Source: Callorhinchus milii
Lineage: Eukaryota
DNA length: 64,000 nucleotides
Direction: 5' to 3'
Assembly: GCF_018977255.1 (NCBI RefSeq)
Contig: NW_024704752.1
Location: forward strand, 17,174,001-17,238,000
Both the position numbers and the translations under genes were made by a program. The notes below the pieces were generated by a model. That model did not search any database and was not told the DNA's origin. It saw only the letters and a program-made list of their open reading frames with translations. The number at the start of each line of letters is the position of its first letter. The stretch's first letter is position 1. Shown here one piece after another: positions 37,024 through 48,808 of this stretch.

Positions 37024-37754
37024 TAATGGAATCGGATGGTGTCTGACATATGGACTTGGATCAGAAGCTTAGAATTCTTTGCTCCCACCTCTCATTGCAA
37101 AATGAGTGAAGGTTACTGCAGTCGGAAAAGTGAAATGGGAAATTGCAATACCACTGCATTGATGTTGGAGCGAAAAGATGTCCATTGAATCTTTGGCATT
37201 GATTTGAAACCTACTGCAACTTGTACAGAATTCTGAAGATTGTTAAAATGAATTTCTGGTATGTTAGCTGTGCAGGAGTAATCTTTTAAGAACCGCATGA
37301 CAGCTCTCTGTGAAAACAATTACACTGTATGTTGTACACTGCACGAAGGGGTACCGAGTGAAAATAATGTCTCCTTGAGTTTAAGGTTTAAAAGATGGAA
37401 GTTTCAAATAATGCCGGATTATATTTTGAATAGATGTTTTTTTTATATAGTCGTGACTTTATACAGACTTCATCGTTGCTGGACAGCAATTGATTTCCTA
37501 GCCTAAATTTGACTGGAATAGCTTTCGTTCCTCTGCCTTATCTGATCAGCTGTAATTTGTGGTTGTCATAATCTCTTTTAGAAGCTCACATGATTCACAA
37601 AACGACAAAATGGAGCAGTCTGTCATTATGCCTTTGCTCAGTACTTTTTACATTTCCGCACTTTAATGAACTACTACTATCATGGGAAATCACATCATGA
37701 ACCATCACTAGATGACTATCTCATCACTGTGGGTTTATGTGCTAAACTGTAGTA

Positions 37755-37890
37755 AACTTGGCTGCACATTTTGCCCACAAAATATACGGTCAATTCGACA
37801 ATTCACTTTACAGTATATTCTGTGAAGCGCTTTGAGACGTCTCGAAGACGTGATAAGGCACTATATCAAAAGCAAGGATTATGTTGTTAT
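37755..37890 (+). mobile_element. SINE 3' half
   Basis: TTTGCCCACAAAATATAC...TCTGTGAAGCGCTTTGAGACGTCTCGAAGACGTGATAAGGC. Confidence 0.88.
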
Positions 37891-38584
37891 AAACTTCCCA
37901 ATATGCAGGGCATCAGCCTGAATGGAAACTAAAAAGTACCATTCAGTCTTGTTTGGTATTACAGAGATTTCAGAAACGGTTTTAAAAAAACTCCCTGAAA
38001 TTGAGCTTTGATACCTCTGAGTGACAAATGCCCTTCACAGCTTTCAAAACGTTCTCCTTTATTGCTGAAGCTGGGAATCCCTGTTATGCACTTCACCCCT
38101 GTAATAAATATTGCAAGTCAGAATGATGCCTAGTTTATACTGTTCACAGCAAAGCAAAATGGCTTTGGGCAGCAAAGTGATTGGGGCCAAAGGATGCAGA
38201 TTTATGCTTCTCCTCTTTTAATTGTATTGGCTGGAGCTTGGAAGAGTTCTTCACACACACACACGCACAGATCTTTAATGATTGATGCTTTCTTCTAATT
38301 TTAATAAAAAGGGCCTGAAGCACAATTGTTTCTTTAATAACTTTATAAAATAGTTCTTTGATATTTCCGGAACTTTTAAGGGACCCTTTCTGAGCATTGT
38401 GAATTAGCATGCCTCTGGAACCACCCTTGCAAAATGATCTCCCTGGATAAGCGTTAGAGTAGATGTCTTCCAAATCCACAGCGGTGTTCCTTCAAACCCT
38501 GGTACAGAGGGCAGGCTTAATATTATTTTTTTTATTGCAGTAATTTTGTTTGTCTAAAAAATGTCGATGTCTACAAATATTTGC

Positions 38585-38681
38585 TTGCAAAATGCAGTCA
38601 CTACACATCATAGTAAATCCTGTGAAACACTTTGAATCTTTCTCCTGACATGAAAGCAGTTATTAAGCAAGGATTATTATC
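38585..38681 (+). mobile_element. Degenerate SINE tail
   Basis: CAGTCACTAC...CCTGTGAAACACTTTGA...GACATGAAAG...GCAAGGATTATTAT. Confidence 0.6.
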
Positions 38682-40244
38682 TTTTGTCACCTAAATTATA
38701 GTAAGCGTTACAATATTATTAATCACTTAGAAATTGTTTCTATTTTGGTAAAAGATTAAGGTTGCCTCTTGCAAAGAACCTTTAGTTCATTTGCAGTCAA
38801 TTGTGTCAATGTAGATTAATTGATCTTTTGATCTCTGTATATTTGACCCATAATTTATGATAAACTATATCAGCACATGAATCGAAATGGAAATTCAAAT
38901 TAAATTGCAAAATTAAATAAAAATTGGAAAGATACACATACCCGAAGAACTTACATCCACTGCCCCTAATGAAATAATAATATAATAATATAATAATAAT
39001 AATAATAATAAAGGTAAGTTGTCTTGAAAGTAATTGGAATATATTTATTAAGAATGTCCTCTTCATACTGATACAACTTCTCTTCATTGGATTGAGTAGA
39101 CGCAACAGAGACACGAGGCAGGATTTATAGGGAATAAACAGGGCATTGAGCAGCATTTCCAAAGCCTAGCCATCTTGAAAAACATCCAAATCAAATGATT
39201 GCTAACATAAGGAATGTTTTACGACATATACCATGGTAACTATGGAAGAAAATAGCCCCCCAAAAAACACAATTGAAAAGAGACATAAGAAAGAAACAGC
39301 GACATATGCTGTGTGTCTATGGTGAGTACTTTGAACAAAATACGCCAAGAAGACTTTTTCTTTCCTCTAAGTAACATTCCATGTCACCTTACACTATGAA
39401 CGTCAGCTCTGCAATTCGAAAGAGAATGGGACAGACCCTTCAGGGTAAGTGCTGGAGAGATGAGAGTGGTTAGAGTGAGTGAGTGGAGAAGGGCTTGAAT
39501 GATAGTGTGATCTCAGCAAAACCTTCTCTTATTCCTATTCTCTTAAGACTCAACAAGTCCTCAAGTGCTTAAAAATGCTGCTGGACTGGTGAAGAGAGTA
39601 GTTCTTATTACTTTACACCCTTTAGTGTCCTTATTGCTTCTTGTACTGGCTTTAACCTTTGAAGGATTACGTGAAAGCAGAATAAATACATAAATAAATA
39701 AAATGAACCGGAATTCTACTCATGGACATTTTTCACAGGTTTAATGAGAATCAAGATGCCAGAGCAGCTTTAGGCAACCTTAATAAGCAAGAGGTGAGTG
39801 CTCTAAACCAAAAGAATTGGGAACAGATTACACACATCCAGAACGTTAGACAAAGAGGTGGATGTACTGTTAGAAAATGAAAAACTACACCAGGCTGTAG
39901 TTTTTCTTTAGAAAGCCATCTACAATTATTAAATATTCACACAAATTAATAAATTGCTAAAGGTGGAAATATGGGTCATTACCTTAACGCCATCAGTTAT
40001 AAAGTGTGTAATTAAGACACTTTTTTTGAAGCATAAGATTTTTAGTGAGCCTGGACTAATTGTTTTAATGCCACAAATCCAATTATTGTCTGGTTGTTTT
40101 AGCAATTATTCAGTTGTGATGTTCATTCACTTAATATTCATTGTTATAAATTTAGATCCTGTATCTCAATATTTGAAGAATTGAGCAAGCTCAACAAATC
40201 CATTGCTTCAATGAAACGATCATCAAAATTCCTTAGAAAGAGTA

Positions 40245-40402
40245 AATAATAATAAATAACAATCCTTGCATTTGACATAGCGCCTCAACACGTTGTTGAG
40301 ACCGTCATCAAAAGCACTTCACAGAATATACTGTTTGGTGAATTGTAGGCAAATTGCGGCAGCCAATCGCTCAAAACAGTTTCCCACAAATAGTCATGGA
40401 TA
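40245..40402 (-). mobile_element. SINE 3' half
   Basis: AATCCTTGCATTTGACATAGCGCC...AAGCACTTCACAGAATATACTG...CCCACAAATAGTCATGGAT. Confidence 0.85.
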
Positions 40403-41017
40403 TAGAATGTTACAGAAACAGGTAATTCATCCATCGGATCTGCACTGTTGTCTAGTCGAATGCAGCGTTCCTGCTTGCTCCCCACACACTTTCCTTTTCT
40501 TCCATTCAGTGAGGTACAGTGTGCACATACATCTTTTTTTGTGGTTCATTATATAGCGAAGCTGTTATTTTGAACGGTGCAAAATTCGATAAAAACTTCA
40601 ATAATAACAAAATAGAAAAGGAGCTTTTCCTTTCTAGGAGCTGAACACATTTTCCCTGAAAGACTTTAACATTAAATTCGATAAATACTGTAGCATGAAG
40701 CGAGATGATGTGATGCAAAAACAGACACAGTGTCTCTTGTGGTCTTCAGCTATATTGCTTTTCGTCTGTATCAGTTACTTTATTAAGAATTCTGAAGCAA
40801 TAAATGTAAAATTACACGCAGGCTATGATTAAACTCAAGCATTAGACAAAAGGCGTTACTATACCCTGTGGTGCAGGCTTGAGTTAAAATGGAATTGAAT
40901 GTGTCCGGGAGCTTTCGTCTTCAATGATAGGTTAATACATTTTTCACCAGCTTGAAACCCTTGACAAGCTCGACTGTGGAGCTTCTCTGAGTTGAGGCAA
41001 TGAACGTAATGGAGGAG

Positions 41018-41098
41018 AATTCTGTGAAGAGCTTTGAGAAGTCTCACAGACGTGATGAGGTGCTATATCAAATGCAAGGATTATTATTATTATTATTA
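41018..41098 (+). mobile_element. SINE tail
   Basis: TTCTGTGAAGAGCTTTGAG...GACGTGATGAGGTGCTATATCAAATGCAAGGA(TTA)n. Confidence 0.85.
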
Positions 41099-41274
41099 GA
41101 ATGGTCCCCTCAGTATCTCCCAATGATCTGAAAAAGAGAAATGAGACAGAATGCGTCTTGATTATTAACATTTACTCCTAGCAATGCTGTTCGTTGCCCA
41201 TTGTTGTATTTGCTGATGAAATCTAAAATATTGATGATGAAAAAACATTGTTTATGCCCTTTCTGCTGCATGAT

Positions 41275-41568
41275 ATTGAGGTGTTGCATTGTCGGAGGTG
41301 TGGTCTGCCTGTTCAAGTGGACAGTAAAGATCCCATAGCACTATTCAAAAAGACAAGGGAGTTCCTCCCAGGGGTCTGGGAGGAACTCAAGTAAAATTGG
41401 TCACTCGTGGCAGTTTGTGGGACATTGCTGTGTGCAAACTGTGTGCTGTTTTTCATCCACAAAATACAGTTAAACCACTTTGCAGCATATCCTGTAAAGT
41501 GCTTTTTGATGTCTCGATGATGTGATAAGGTACTATACCAAATGGAAGGATTGTTAATATTATTATTA
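41275..41568 (+). mobile_element. Deu-domain SINE, partly deleted
   Basis: GCATTGTCGGAGGTG...TAAAGATCCCATAGCACTATTCAAAAAG...TTTGTGGGACATTGCTGTGTGC, then the shared tail. Confidence 0.85.
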
Positions 41569-42039
41569 CTCTATGGAGCCAAGTTGCCGAAGCTCTCGCC
41601 TGTAATTGTTTCTCATCTTCAAACCTTGGTCGTCTCCAAGCCAACAGTGTCACATACGATGACTTCTTAAAGAAGAGGGCAGTAGAGAATATAACTCTTG
41701 ATAGATTTATTGGTATTTCAGTACTGTATCCCCTTCCAAGAGTTTCTTGCAATATTTGTTAGACAAAATAAATGTACAGAGTATGACTCAAATTAGCTCA
41801 TGTTGCATCCTATCTTATTTGGAACTTCTTTAATTATAAAACATTCTATGAGAATCTCCCACTGTATAACATTCCTCAAATGGACTTTTTTTCATAAAGA
41901 AAACATACCTCCAAAAACCCATACATTGTTGACTTTCTTATATGGAAAACAAGCGCTCAGTGAATGGTCCCAGTTGAATTTGACTATCATATCCTTATTT
42001 ATTAGAGCCATGAACAAAGAGAAACAGAAATCACAGTGG

Positions 42040-42215
42040 GTTACTGTAGCTCTGACTTGTTTTTGAATTCAGACCAGATTAATCAGAGTAGAGTCTCACT
42101 GCTGGCTGAGAGAAGGGTCTTAAGTGAAACACATTTTGGCAGTTGCAATTCAGTGCGAGTATGTATGTGGCCGCTGCAGAAAACTGCTTATAATTCAGCA
42201 CTAATTGGCATTCAA
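42040..42215 (+). mobile_element. Possible ancient LF-SINE-like relic
   Basis: Colinear blocks TTTGAATTCAGACCAG, GGTCTTAAGTGAAA and GCACTAATTGGCA resemble recalled LF-SINE blocks (TTCGAATCCAGCCCAG, GGCCTATGTGAAA, GCACTAATTGGCA). Confidence 0.55.
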
Positions 42216-42765
42216 TTGAGAGTTTCTAGCCGAGGGGCCTCAAGTTGAATTACCTGGGTTTGGAAGTATCACATTGATGCAGCAGGAGGTATTTTTCTGA
42301 GGTTAGAATTAAGGACTACTATTTTCAAAGTATAGGGAATTGGAAAGATTAGCTCTATATTCCTCAGAATCTCAATGAATTTAGTGCTGATCTTTCCGAT
42401 TCGTGTTGTTGTAATGCTGTTATATTTGTCTTGTCCTCCTTTTGACGAGGGTTGAAAAGGAAAATAACTGCAGTGTTGCACAATCTTATTCCTTGTGATT
42501 AAACTCCGAAATATTGGAAAAAGATTAAATTTAAATTTCTTTAATCTCTTACTTTGTTGACAGACGGAAAACAGCTCATTGAATCCAAGGAATTTATTAG
42601 TTAGAATGAATCCTAAATTGCATAGCAGTCCATTGACAGAAAGGAAAGTGCTTTTCCATAGCCAGCTGGTATGAAGAATGCTAAATATTCCTTATTTACA
42701 GTCAGTAGCATATTTGCCTGTCTACCTTTATTAAGACTGGGTTTTATTAAGACCGGAATCCGTAA

Positions 42766-42834
42766 CTGTAAAGCGCTCTGAGACTCCGTCCGGCGTGGAG
42801 GGCGCTATATAAATCCAAGTTGTTGTTGTTGTTT
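42766..42834 (+). mobile_element. L2-type 3' tail fragment (different loop sequence)
   Basis: CTGTAAAGCGCTCTGAGACTCCGTCCGGCGTGGAGGGCGCTATATAAATCCAAG(TTG)n. Confidence 0.8.
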
Positions 42835-43417
42835 TGCATTAAATCTAACCCTATAAGACATTTATAGCGTTTGTACACTAAATTTTAAAATGTCATTTAT
42901 TCCAATAATAATTTCCTAAAAAGAGACTCAATTTCTGCAGAATTAACCATGGATCCCATTCATGAAGAAACGGTGTAACCTGCTCCATAATGAGCTTTAG
43001 AAAGGACAGCTTCTGGGATCCACACAAGAACCTTTTATAATGATCATAAAGGTTATCTGACTGAAGCATTTAATTATAGCAGAGATAAAACTTTGATATC
43101 TGGCACCACGGCTAATTCTGCACCATCCTATTACAATTATATAGCGCTGACAATATCCACATAGGATAGAACCGGTGGATATAAAATATACTGGTGATCA
43201 GATAAACGATCAGATACGTTTGTGTCTCCTGTCACCAAAGTAGATAAAACAAGAATTTATTGTGTACTTTCTTTTCTCTGTCGTGGTCTGCGTTGGAGAC
43301 TTGAGTGTATTCAGCTGCAGAACAGTTCATGGGAACAATATTTTTCATGTTATCTTGTCAACTCAAAGAAAAATAGACAAACTGTCGATACATTTGACCA
43401 AATAGGGTGTACCCCCA

Positions 43418-43453
43418 CTCTCTCTCACACACATACACACACATAAACACACA
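43418..43453. repeat. (CT)n(CA)n microsatellite
   Basis: CTCTCTCTCACACACATACACACACATAAACACAC. Confidence 0.8.
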
Positions 43454-43674
43454 ATAAGATTTCACTCTAGCTGAAGTCAAATACAAATCCTTACATGCAG
43501 TTGGGAAATAACGGCTGATAACTTGACTTGTATAATGGTTTATAAAGGGTTGTTAAAGTGGGTTTTATCTGCTAAATAGAAATGCAGGGTGGTTTTAGGG
43601 TCTTTTTTTCTGTCAAAAGATCAAGGCAATAAATCCAATCGATTTCAATTTTACAATAATCTCATTGCAAATGA

Positions 43675-44104
43675 CAGGGTGCCATACTTGCTTCGGGGTC
43701 AGAAGGCTGTAGGTTCAACTCCTGTGTTGGGGACGTGGAGATAATATAATATATAATATAGTCTAGGCTGACACTCAAGTACAGTATTGGGATTGTACTG
43801 CATTGTCAGAGGTGACATGATAAACTGAGGTTACTCGTCTGCTTGTTCGGGTGCATGTTAAAGAACCCACGACACTATTCTAAAAGAGAAGGGAGTTTCT
43901 CCCTGTATCCCAGTCTTCCAGGTAAGTTGTCCATTCACCTATTGTCTGTTTGTGCGACATTTCAGTGCACAAAATTAACTGCTGATCTTGACTACAAATA
44001 CGCAGTCACTACGCTTTACAGGAAATCTCTGTGAAGCATTTTGAGATGTTTCAACTGGATAAGGTGTTATGTCAAATGAAAGAATTAGGATTCATTATTA
44101 TTAT
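43675..44104 (+). mobile_element. Deu-domain SINE, near full length
   Basis: Head GTCAGAAGGCTGTAGGTTCAACTCC, then TCTAGGCTGACACTC...GCATTGTCAGAGGTG...TTGTTCGGGTGCATGTTAAAGAACCC...ACTATT, then the shared tail. Confidence 0.85.
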
Positions 44105-45137
44105 CCTTCAGTCAAATTGACCTTCGAAAATGTATGATGAGCCAATGGAAATGTGCAGAAAATGGCTCCCTGGACAAGTGCTGTGAATAAGAGAGGTGGA
44201 TGAGGCTACTTTGATGCATTAGCTTTTATTGATGGATAGATTTTAGTAATGTAACTCGTGAAACAGTGCTGTACTGAACAACTGAACAAATAATCCATCA
44301 GCATCCGTACCAGATATAAGAGCATTCAGTTCTGAAATGTGTTACATGTTGTCCTGCTCTGCTGCAATCTAAAATTGTCTTTAAGTAAAGGGCACGTGAG
44401 GAGATCAAGATAAAAATACAGGTATGAAAAAGTATAGAAGAAATATGCACACTGCCTTACTTCACAGATGGGCTGTAATCCACGAATGGCAGTAACTGAC
44501 ACATTCTTTTTCAGCGTCTGTGATCAGCCACAAGGTTCTTAATTCCCCTGTAATTCAGTGTCACAACTGCAAGCTAATTTCCTGATTATACCCTGCTGTG
44601 AATCGTGTGATGCTATTATCCGTCCATGACCATTTCACAATCCCTGTTCAGTTACTGAGCCGTTACCTATGCCAGGCTACAGACTCCCAACAAAAGGAGA
44701 GGATGCTGTGTCAGTTAACTCCCTCAAAGGAAAATGATATGAATCTGCTTGAGAACCGTCCTGAAGGATACAGGGACACTGTGTAGACTGATGAGAAATT
44801 ACTACACCAGAACCGGACACAATGATGTTTGTGTTGCGGGGGCCAGAGTCGTGCAGGGGTGCGGGCAGAAGGAGGAATCTTCACGTTACGTGTGTTGAGG
44901 GGAGGGAAGGGGAGAAGGAGGTCACTGGTAAACAGGGAAGCTTTGGGATTTGTAAATATTTTGCATCTCTAAATCATTAGCATTTGTGGTTCCTGGACCA
45001 AATGAGAGACAATAGGCTCGATTTTGGGAGGTGGGTGGAGTGAGTTTGATGGATCAAATCACCTTTTTTCAATTTTTTTTTATCCGGGACTACAAAAGTA
45101 AACTCAAAATCAATACTTTAGGACTCAACAAGACTTT

Positions 45138-45285
45138 AGAACAAGACAACATGGGTTTAAAGTTGTAAGGGCAATTTCAGGAGTCGGACAGACACCAGGA
45201 AGTTTTCCTCTGTCGGTAGTCCATGACTGGAACAGGTTCCCCAGAAAGGAGTTTGAGGCCAGGACACTTGAAAGGCAGTCTGGTG
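45138..45285 (+). mobile_element. Degenerate CR1 ORF2 C-terminal fragment
   Basis: Fragments translate RTRQHGFKVV and VVHDWNRFPRKEFEART, resembling CR1 RTRGH...VV..WN.LP..VVEA.T. Confidence 0.65.
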
Positions 45286-48200
45286 TTGGGAAAGTCTAGG
45301 GTTATATTTCCTTAAATAAATGTCTCTCCATTAACCTTGGAAACCAAGTTTGGTGTTTTTATATGACAACATACATATTCATTCAATTTTGTCAAAGGAA
45401 AATATTGTCATCTGACATCTTTTACAGTGCACATGATTAGTTTTTAGATGACTACCATTATAGAATAATACTGAAGACTTTTTTTCCATAATGCATTTAC
45501 TTTTGCAGGAAAAAACTGAATACTTTGCGTGAAGAATTATTGGAGGGTTAGAACTGGTATTATATAATGTAAATAATACGATACTGTCCTCTAGTTACAT
45601 GGGTCAAGATATTAACTGCAACAGCGCTCATTTAAAATGTATTAATGATAAATGATTTGCATGTAAAAGGCATGGAATGCCTTTATAATTTATTTCAGTG
45701 CTATAAATGCAGTAATTAAGGCAGCTGCTCAGGACATCAGGTTGAAGCCATTGAACAGCCTTTCGACTGAATCCCGTAGCTGCTGCATTGTAAAGATACC
45801 ATGATGAGCAATACTTTACTGAGATATAAGCCGTCTCTTGACATGGTTCCCCGTGACCTGCTCAGGAAATGAGTGAATAGTTTATGTAGTGCAATATTAT
45901 GGTGTGCTTTATTTTTCCATTGAACATTAATCCAAGATGTTCATTTTGTTTATGCCACACGATGTCCAGTCACAGCTAATTTGTTCTAAGCTAACTGCCC
46001 CTATTCATTGTGCAGACAAAGAAAGAGTCGCAGGATTGTTTGTTGTAGTTCTACTGTGCGGAGAGAAGCCATTTCTATCCTGTAGGTAAAGAAGCATGCG
46101 GCAAGCAGCTGAATTATAACTTATATCTCACTCAACGCAGCTTTCTATCAGGGCTGAAAAAGAACACACTGTTGATTATGATGTTATTATTAGAGATTAC
46201 AAGTTGTGTAACTTGTCTCTTTAATATCTTTAAGATGCTTCTTTTAAAATCGGGCGGCCCATGAAATAAGATGGGGAGAGGAAATGCGGTGGTAAGACAG
46301 AGCATAAGAGGCGTGTTGCGAGGGAATGTGATGAGGTAGAGGGGGAAAAGGGACAGGCCAGACCTTGGCCACAAATGGAGAAGGGAAACTCGTGATTGAA
46401 AAAGAGATTCTGAGAGGGTGGGAGTACAGAGCCAGAAACTGTAAGAGAAAACATCAACAGAGAGACGGATAGGCTAGAGGGTTGGAAACATTCAGAAATA
46501 TTAGTTTGTCTCATGTGACAGGCACATATCTTCGTAATCTGAGAAGAATCCATTCAGGGGAATAAACTTTTTTTGTCCACAGATGAAGTAAAAATGATGA
46601 CAATATAATTGCTGTTAATTAATGGAGAAAATGGCTGCCTATTTCTCACTTTATAAAATGGTTGGTATAGTGTTAGAACATTTTCCTTAACATATGTCTC
46701 CTGGTGCTTTTTAACTGTATTCTAATTTCCTTTGAAATAAATTTCCTTCTGATTTTCCTTTGAAGTACAAATGTAGATGTTTTTAATTCAGTGCACAATC
46801 AGGAGCCAAAGAGGTAAAACGTAGGTCTTTGCGAAGTACAAATTTAGACATTGCGCAATTTTTAGTGAAGCATTTAACCCTCAAGTGGAATCATTCATAG
46901 GTTCACTTCAAAATCGGAACTGACCTGCCACCCTGCCAACATACAAGAGCAGATTGATGGCCGAACAATCCAATCTCGCAAAGACATTTACTGAAGTATT
47001 TTATTGCAGTGTTAGAGTGATATAAGAGAGAATCATGGACAGAGCTGGGAAATTATCCTACAGAGAGATAAGACAGACTTTTCCAGAGAAATGAACCGAA
47101 CAGAATCTTGTGTGTGTGCAAATTAACCACCAGGGACTGGAACACACTGTCGCATCTGTTTGTAGATAAGAAAGTAATATCAGGAAAAGGAAAGACTTCC
47201 TTTCTGAAATGCTGCGCTCGCAGTTTGAGTGAGGTCTGAAGCTCTGATATACCTGTCTGGACAGATTGAATTAAAAACTCAAGATAGTGCATCTTAAAAG
47301 GCCACAGTTGCACAGGTTCCATGCATTTTTTGTACTAGAACGATGCAAGATTGAAGATCTGACATTACATTGCTCCTCTCTGGGCTGAGTAAAGTAGAGC
47401 AAAGCTCTGAGTATGTGTCCGCATTTCAGGTTATCATCACTAAAGACATGGTGGTCAGATTGGCTGATGTGTAATGTTACCAGTGGACCAATGCACTACT
47501 TACTGACACTTCAGATAATCTTTATCTTTAAGTGGAGTCGAAATGTGCCTTCCACAAGCCAGGAAATAAGCAAACCCACACTGCATATTTTTTATGTTAC
47601 TTTCAATGTACTTGGAAATGAATGGAACGTCAAACCTTTTTTCTGCAATCGTAGAACAGATTTCAAAGGTTAGAAGTCATTGGGCACCAGTGAAACATTT
47701 GGTAGCACGTTGAAAGATGAATTCAATGATGCAGTTTATTTTGGTGTTTGTGGACGTAAGACCACAAGATTACTGGAAGACCCTGTGCTTTTATACTAAG
47801 GTTCCAGGGAAGACATTGAGTGCTCCTAGGTCAAGTGTAACATAGATCAACGGCGAAAATGGACTTAATGCATCTCTATCTGCTTTCCTAGCTTGACATT
47901 TTCATTTCCAACATTCTCAATCTGGAGATTTTCAGAGAGAGAAATCCTGAATTACATGTCAGATTTATAGTACTGCTGTTACGCTTGTGCCCACTGCAGA
48001 GTAGATGAAGTCTAACTTTAACTGGTACAGATTATTCTGGTTGGCAAGATAGCACAGAACATGTCTGATTAAAATCAATTCCACTCTGTTGAGAAAAATT
48101 GTGTAGCCAGATTAAATGCATCAAATTAATTTAGTCAAATAACTTATTTCCCATTGAATATTCAATTTGGTGTCTCACTAGAATAGAATGGAATGACTGC

Positions 48201-48417
48201 AGAATCACTGTTGTGATTGGGATAAACATCCGTAATTTAAAGGGGAAATATTTGAGAGATGTTTGTAATTAACATCAATGCTTATTTGTCAGTGTTTTGC
48301 CCATCACTCAGCCTTATTAATGAGAATATCAAATTCAATATAAACTTCAATCTGACTTTTGCTCTGGTGTCTCTACAGCATAGATATTTACAATTTTACA
48401 ATTCGAAGGACAACTCT

Positions 48418-48518
48418 AATAATAATAAAGCTTACATTTAATGCAGTGCTTTATCATGTCACTGAGCTTCACAGAATATATTGTAAATTGGATTGACTGT
48501 GTATTTTGTGGGCAAAAC
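48418..48518 (-). mobile_element. SINE 3' part
   Basis: (AAT)n...GCTTCACAGAATATATTGTAAATTGGATTGACTGTGTATTTTGTGGGCAAAA. Confidence 0.8.
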
Positions 48519-48695
48519 TCTAAGTGCTCACATAGCTGACTGGGTCAAAGAATGAAATTTGACTTAAAACAATCAGCCAAATCTTTTATTTATCCAGAAT
48601 AAAGCCATATGATTATTTATCATGTACACTACTTTGAAATGATTTTCTTTCTTTCAAATGTTAGAGCATTGCTCATAAGTGAGAGGTAACAAAGC

Positions 48696-48808
48696 CTTTT
48701 GCCCACAAAAATATACAGTCAATTCACTTCACAGTATATTCTGTGAAGCACTTTGAGATGTTTCGAAGATGTGATAAGGTGCTATATCAAATAGAAGGAT
48801 TATTATTT
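48696..48808 (+). mobile_element. SINE 3' part
   Basis: TTTTGCCCACAAAAATATACAGTCAATTCACTTCACAGTATATTCTGTGAAGCAC...GGATTATTATT. Confidence 0.88.

Noticed and set aside
45798-45847. C/D box snoRNA-like pattern (ATGATGA, CTGA, ACCATG/CATGGT)
   Set aside because: Only about 50 nt, no terminal D box, and the stem overlaps the C box.
46250-46490. Purine-rich stretch with two minus-strand ORFs
   Set aside because: Compositional bias explains the open frames. It may be an old LINE remnant but no diagnostic motif was found.
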